This document shows, in pieces, positions 39,990 through 41,735 of a stretch of 41,735 nt of DNA. The notes under the pieces are model-generated. The model ran no database searches and had not been told where the DNA came from. It worked only from the letters and a program-made list of their open reading frames with translations. Positions within the stretch are counted from its first letter, which is position 1. Each line of letters starts with the position of its first letter. The stretch comes from Gaiellaceae bacterium (GTDB lineage: Bacteria > Actinomycetota > Thermoleophilia > Gaiellales > Gaiellaceae), in contig DASTPC010000155.1 in the NCBI GenBank assembly GCA_035720085.1, positions 1 to 41,735 on the forward strand, given 5' to 3'. The position numbers and the translations under genes are program-made.

Positions 39990-40547
39990 GTGACGTCGCT
40001 TCTCGAGGCGCTCGACGAGACGATGGGCGCCGGGCCCGGGTTCCCCTGGTACGTCGCCTGGTTCTTCGCCTGCGTCGTGGTCGTGTCCGTGATCCACGAG
40101 GCCGGGCATCTCGTCGCCGCGGTGGCGACCGGCCAGGCTGACGTGGAGGCGACCGTCGGCTCCCACGGACAGCTCGTCGAGCGGCGCCTCGGCGAGGTGC
40201 GGATCCGCATGAACGCGCTGAGCGCGCCCTGGCTCCCGGGCGGCTCGGTGGCGTTCGACGGCGCGCGGACGACCGCGCGGGCGACGGTGCTGATCTCGCT
40301 CGCGGGCCCCGCGGCCACCCTGGCCGGGGCGACAGCGACGGGTCTCCTCGCGGCGAGCGCCGGCTCGGGCGCCGTCGCCGAGTTCCTGGCCGCGACGACG
40401 CTGTTGGGGATCTTCGTCGGCCTCGGCAACCTGGTGCCGCTGACCGTCCGGACGGGCACGCGACGCAATCCGGGTCCGGCGCTGGCGACCGACGGCCGGC
40501 ACGCCGTCGAGGCGCTCGGCGTGCTCCGCGAGCTGCGCTCGGCCTGA
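39990..40547 (+). CDS. M50 (site-2 protease) family membrane metallopeptidase
   Basis: IHEAGH, SLAGP, NLVP and TDG motifs with hydrophobic segments. Confidence 0.78.
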   Translation: MTSLLEALDETMGAGPGFPWYVAWFFACVVVVSVIHEAGHLVAAVATGQADVEATVGSHGQLVERRLGEVRIRMNALSAPWLPGGSVAFDGARTTARATVLISLAGPAATLAGATATGLLAASAGSGAVAEFLAATTLLGIFVGLGNLVPLTVRTGTRRNPGPALATDGRHAVEALGVLRELRSA

Positions 40548-40555
40548 TCCGCTCC

Positions 40556-40963
40556 CTAGACCGCCGGGACGAGGCGGATGCGCTCGCCGGGCGCCAGGCA
40601 GGGCACCTTGCTCATGTCGTGGGGGTGGCGGAGCACGAGCTCGTGGCCGTCCTGCAGCCGGACGACGTTCCGACAGTGCGAGATCATCCGCTCGTCGGGG
40701 GCGCAGTCGGTGTCGGTCAGAACCTCGGCCGTCGCAGCCCCTGCCGGCATCGCGCCCTGTTCGAGCAGCGCGGACAGGCTGCGCTCGTATGCCGAGGGCG
40801 GCGGCATCGTGCGGTGCAGCGCGACGGTGCGGAGGGCGGCGGGGATCGCGACCGGATGCTCCGCGACGGTCTGAGTGCCGGCGCCGTCGTCGCCGCCCGC
40901 GACGACGAGCGCGGCGACGACCAGCGCGGCAACGGCGGCGAGCGCTGCGAGCAGGCGTGGCAT
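40556..40963 (-). CDS. Hypothetical exported or membrane-anchored protein with Cys/His motifs
   Basis: SD GAGGAG, N-terminal hydrophobic segment, DTDCAPD, SHCRN, HPHDM..PCL. Confidence 0.65.
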   Translation of the reverse strand: MPRLLAALAAVAALVVAALVVAGGDDGAGTQTVAEHPVAIPAALRTVALHRTMPPPSAYERSLSALLEQGAMPAGAATAEVLTDTDCAPDERMISHCRNVVRLQDGHELVLRHPHDMSKVPCLAPGERIRLVPAV

Positions 40964-41082
40964 GTGGCTCCTCGTGACGATGTCCGCCACATCCTCGGCC
41001 CGCAGCCGGCGGCGGGCATCCGCAGAACGCGACCCGGAGCATGCGGGTTTCTACGGACCGTGGCCACTACGCTGGCAGCGGG

Positions 41083-41703
41083 ATGAGCGCGCTCGAGGTC
41101 GAGACGCCGCACGGCCCCGCCCGGGTGCACCTGCGCCCGGTCGCCGAGCCTCGAGCTGCGCTCGTGCTCGGCCACGGCGCCGGCGGCGGCGTCGAGGCGC
41201 GCGACCTGACAGCGGCGGCCGAGGCTGCTCACTCGCTCGAGCTCACGGTTGCGCTTGTCGAGCAGCCCTACCGCGTCGCCGGCCGGCGCTCGCCGGCCCC
41301 GGCGCGCCAGCTGGACGCCGCCTGGACGGCCGTCGCCGAACGTCTGGCCGCCCGCGAGCTGCGCGGGCTGCCGCTCGTCGCCGGCGGGCGCTCGTCGGGT
41401 GCGCGCGTCGCCTGCCGCACGGCGGCGGCCACCGGCGCCGCCGGCGTCCTCTGCCTCGCCTTCCCGCTGCAGCCGCCGGCCAGGGCGAGCGGCACGCAGG
41501 CGCCGAGCCGGCTCGCCGAGCTCGAGGAGGTGACCGTGCCGACGCTGGTCGTGCAGGGCACGCGCGACCGCTTCGGGATGCCGCCGGCCGGCCCGCGCCG
41601 GACGGTCGTCCAGGTGGCGGCAGACCACGCCCTGCGCACCGACCTCGCAGCCGTCGCCGACGCCGTCCGGCGCTGGCTCACGGTCCTGCTCGAGACGGTC
41701 TAG
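41083..41703 (+). CDS. Alpha/beta hydrolase (KANL3/Tex30-like)
   Basis: LGHGAGGG, GGRSSGAR, LAFPL, QGTRDRFG, ADH motifs. Confidence 0.85.
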   Translation: MSALEVETPHGPARVHLRPVAEPRAALVLGHGAGGGVEARDLTAAAEAAHSLELTVALVEQPYRVAGRRSPAPARQLDAAWTAVAERLAARELRGLPLVAGGRSSGARVACRTAAATGAAGVLCLAFPLQPPARASGTQAPSRLAELEEVTVPTLVVQGTRDRFGMPPAGPRRTVVQVAADHALRTDLAAVADAVRRWLTVLLETV

Positions 41704-41722
41704 CGCGCAGCCCCTCCCCATG

Positions 41723-41735
41723 CGAACATCTGTTC
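41723..41735. promoter_or_regulatory. LexA (SOS) box of Gram-positive type, at the window edge
   Basis: CGAAC-ATCT-GTTC matches GAAC-N4-GTTC and is intergenic. Confidence 0.65.

Noticed and set aside
36471..41042. 1523-aa minus-strand ORF
   Set aside because: Overlaps five better-supported genes; no recognisable domain.
1..41735. tRNA, rRNA, integrase or transposase genes
   Set aside because: None recognised; intergenic gaps are short or explained by the repeats, so a genomic-island boundary cannot be supported.

Overview
Very GC-rich actinobacterial chromosomal window. Thermoleophilia/Gaiellales is my guess from gene content and style, not a proven assignment. From left to right it holds: (1) a polyamine uptake/catabolism cluster (potB-partial, potD, potA, Lrp, aminobutyraldehyde dehydrogenase, saccharopine-dehydrogenase-family enzyme); (2) a degenerate Ser/Thr kinase divergent from a cyclase-SARP-USP fusion; (3) a MoaD-like/beta-propeller pair; (4) a BMP lipoprotein and nrtR separated by two NrtR-like boxes; (5) azlCD, a TIGR01777 oxidoreductase, and rsgA with a probable leader peptide. 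A ~21.6 kb accessory locus (16962-38591) follows. Its minus-strand operon, mostly translationally coupled, encodes a GMC oxidase-hydrolase fusion, a metallophosphoesterase, three tandem Old Yellow Enzyme paralogues (one lacking the catalytic residues), a patatin, an FHA-FHA-ABC exporter and a DUF5995 lipoprotein. Its divergent arm encodes a membrane protein, an FHA-FHA-MMPL fusion, an FHA-Pip-like permease and two Ser/Thr kinases. This locus is the best candidate for an undescribed system: phosphorylation-controlled lipid modification and export. The intergenic DNA carries six copies of a structured repeat with compensatory base changes, a TA-flanked MITE, REP-like hairpins and a terminal LexA box. 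All calls come from motifs read by eye; no searches were run.
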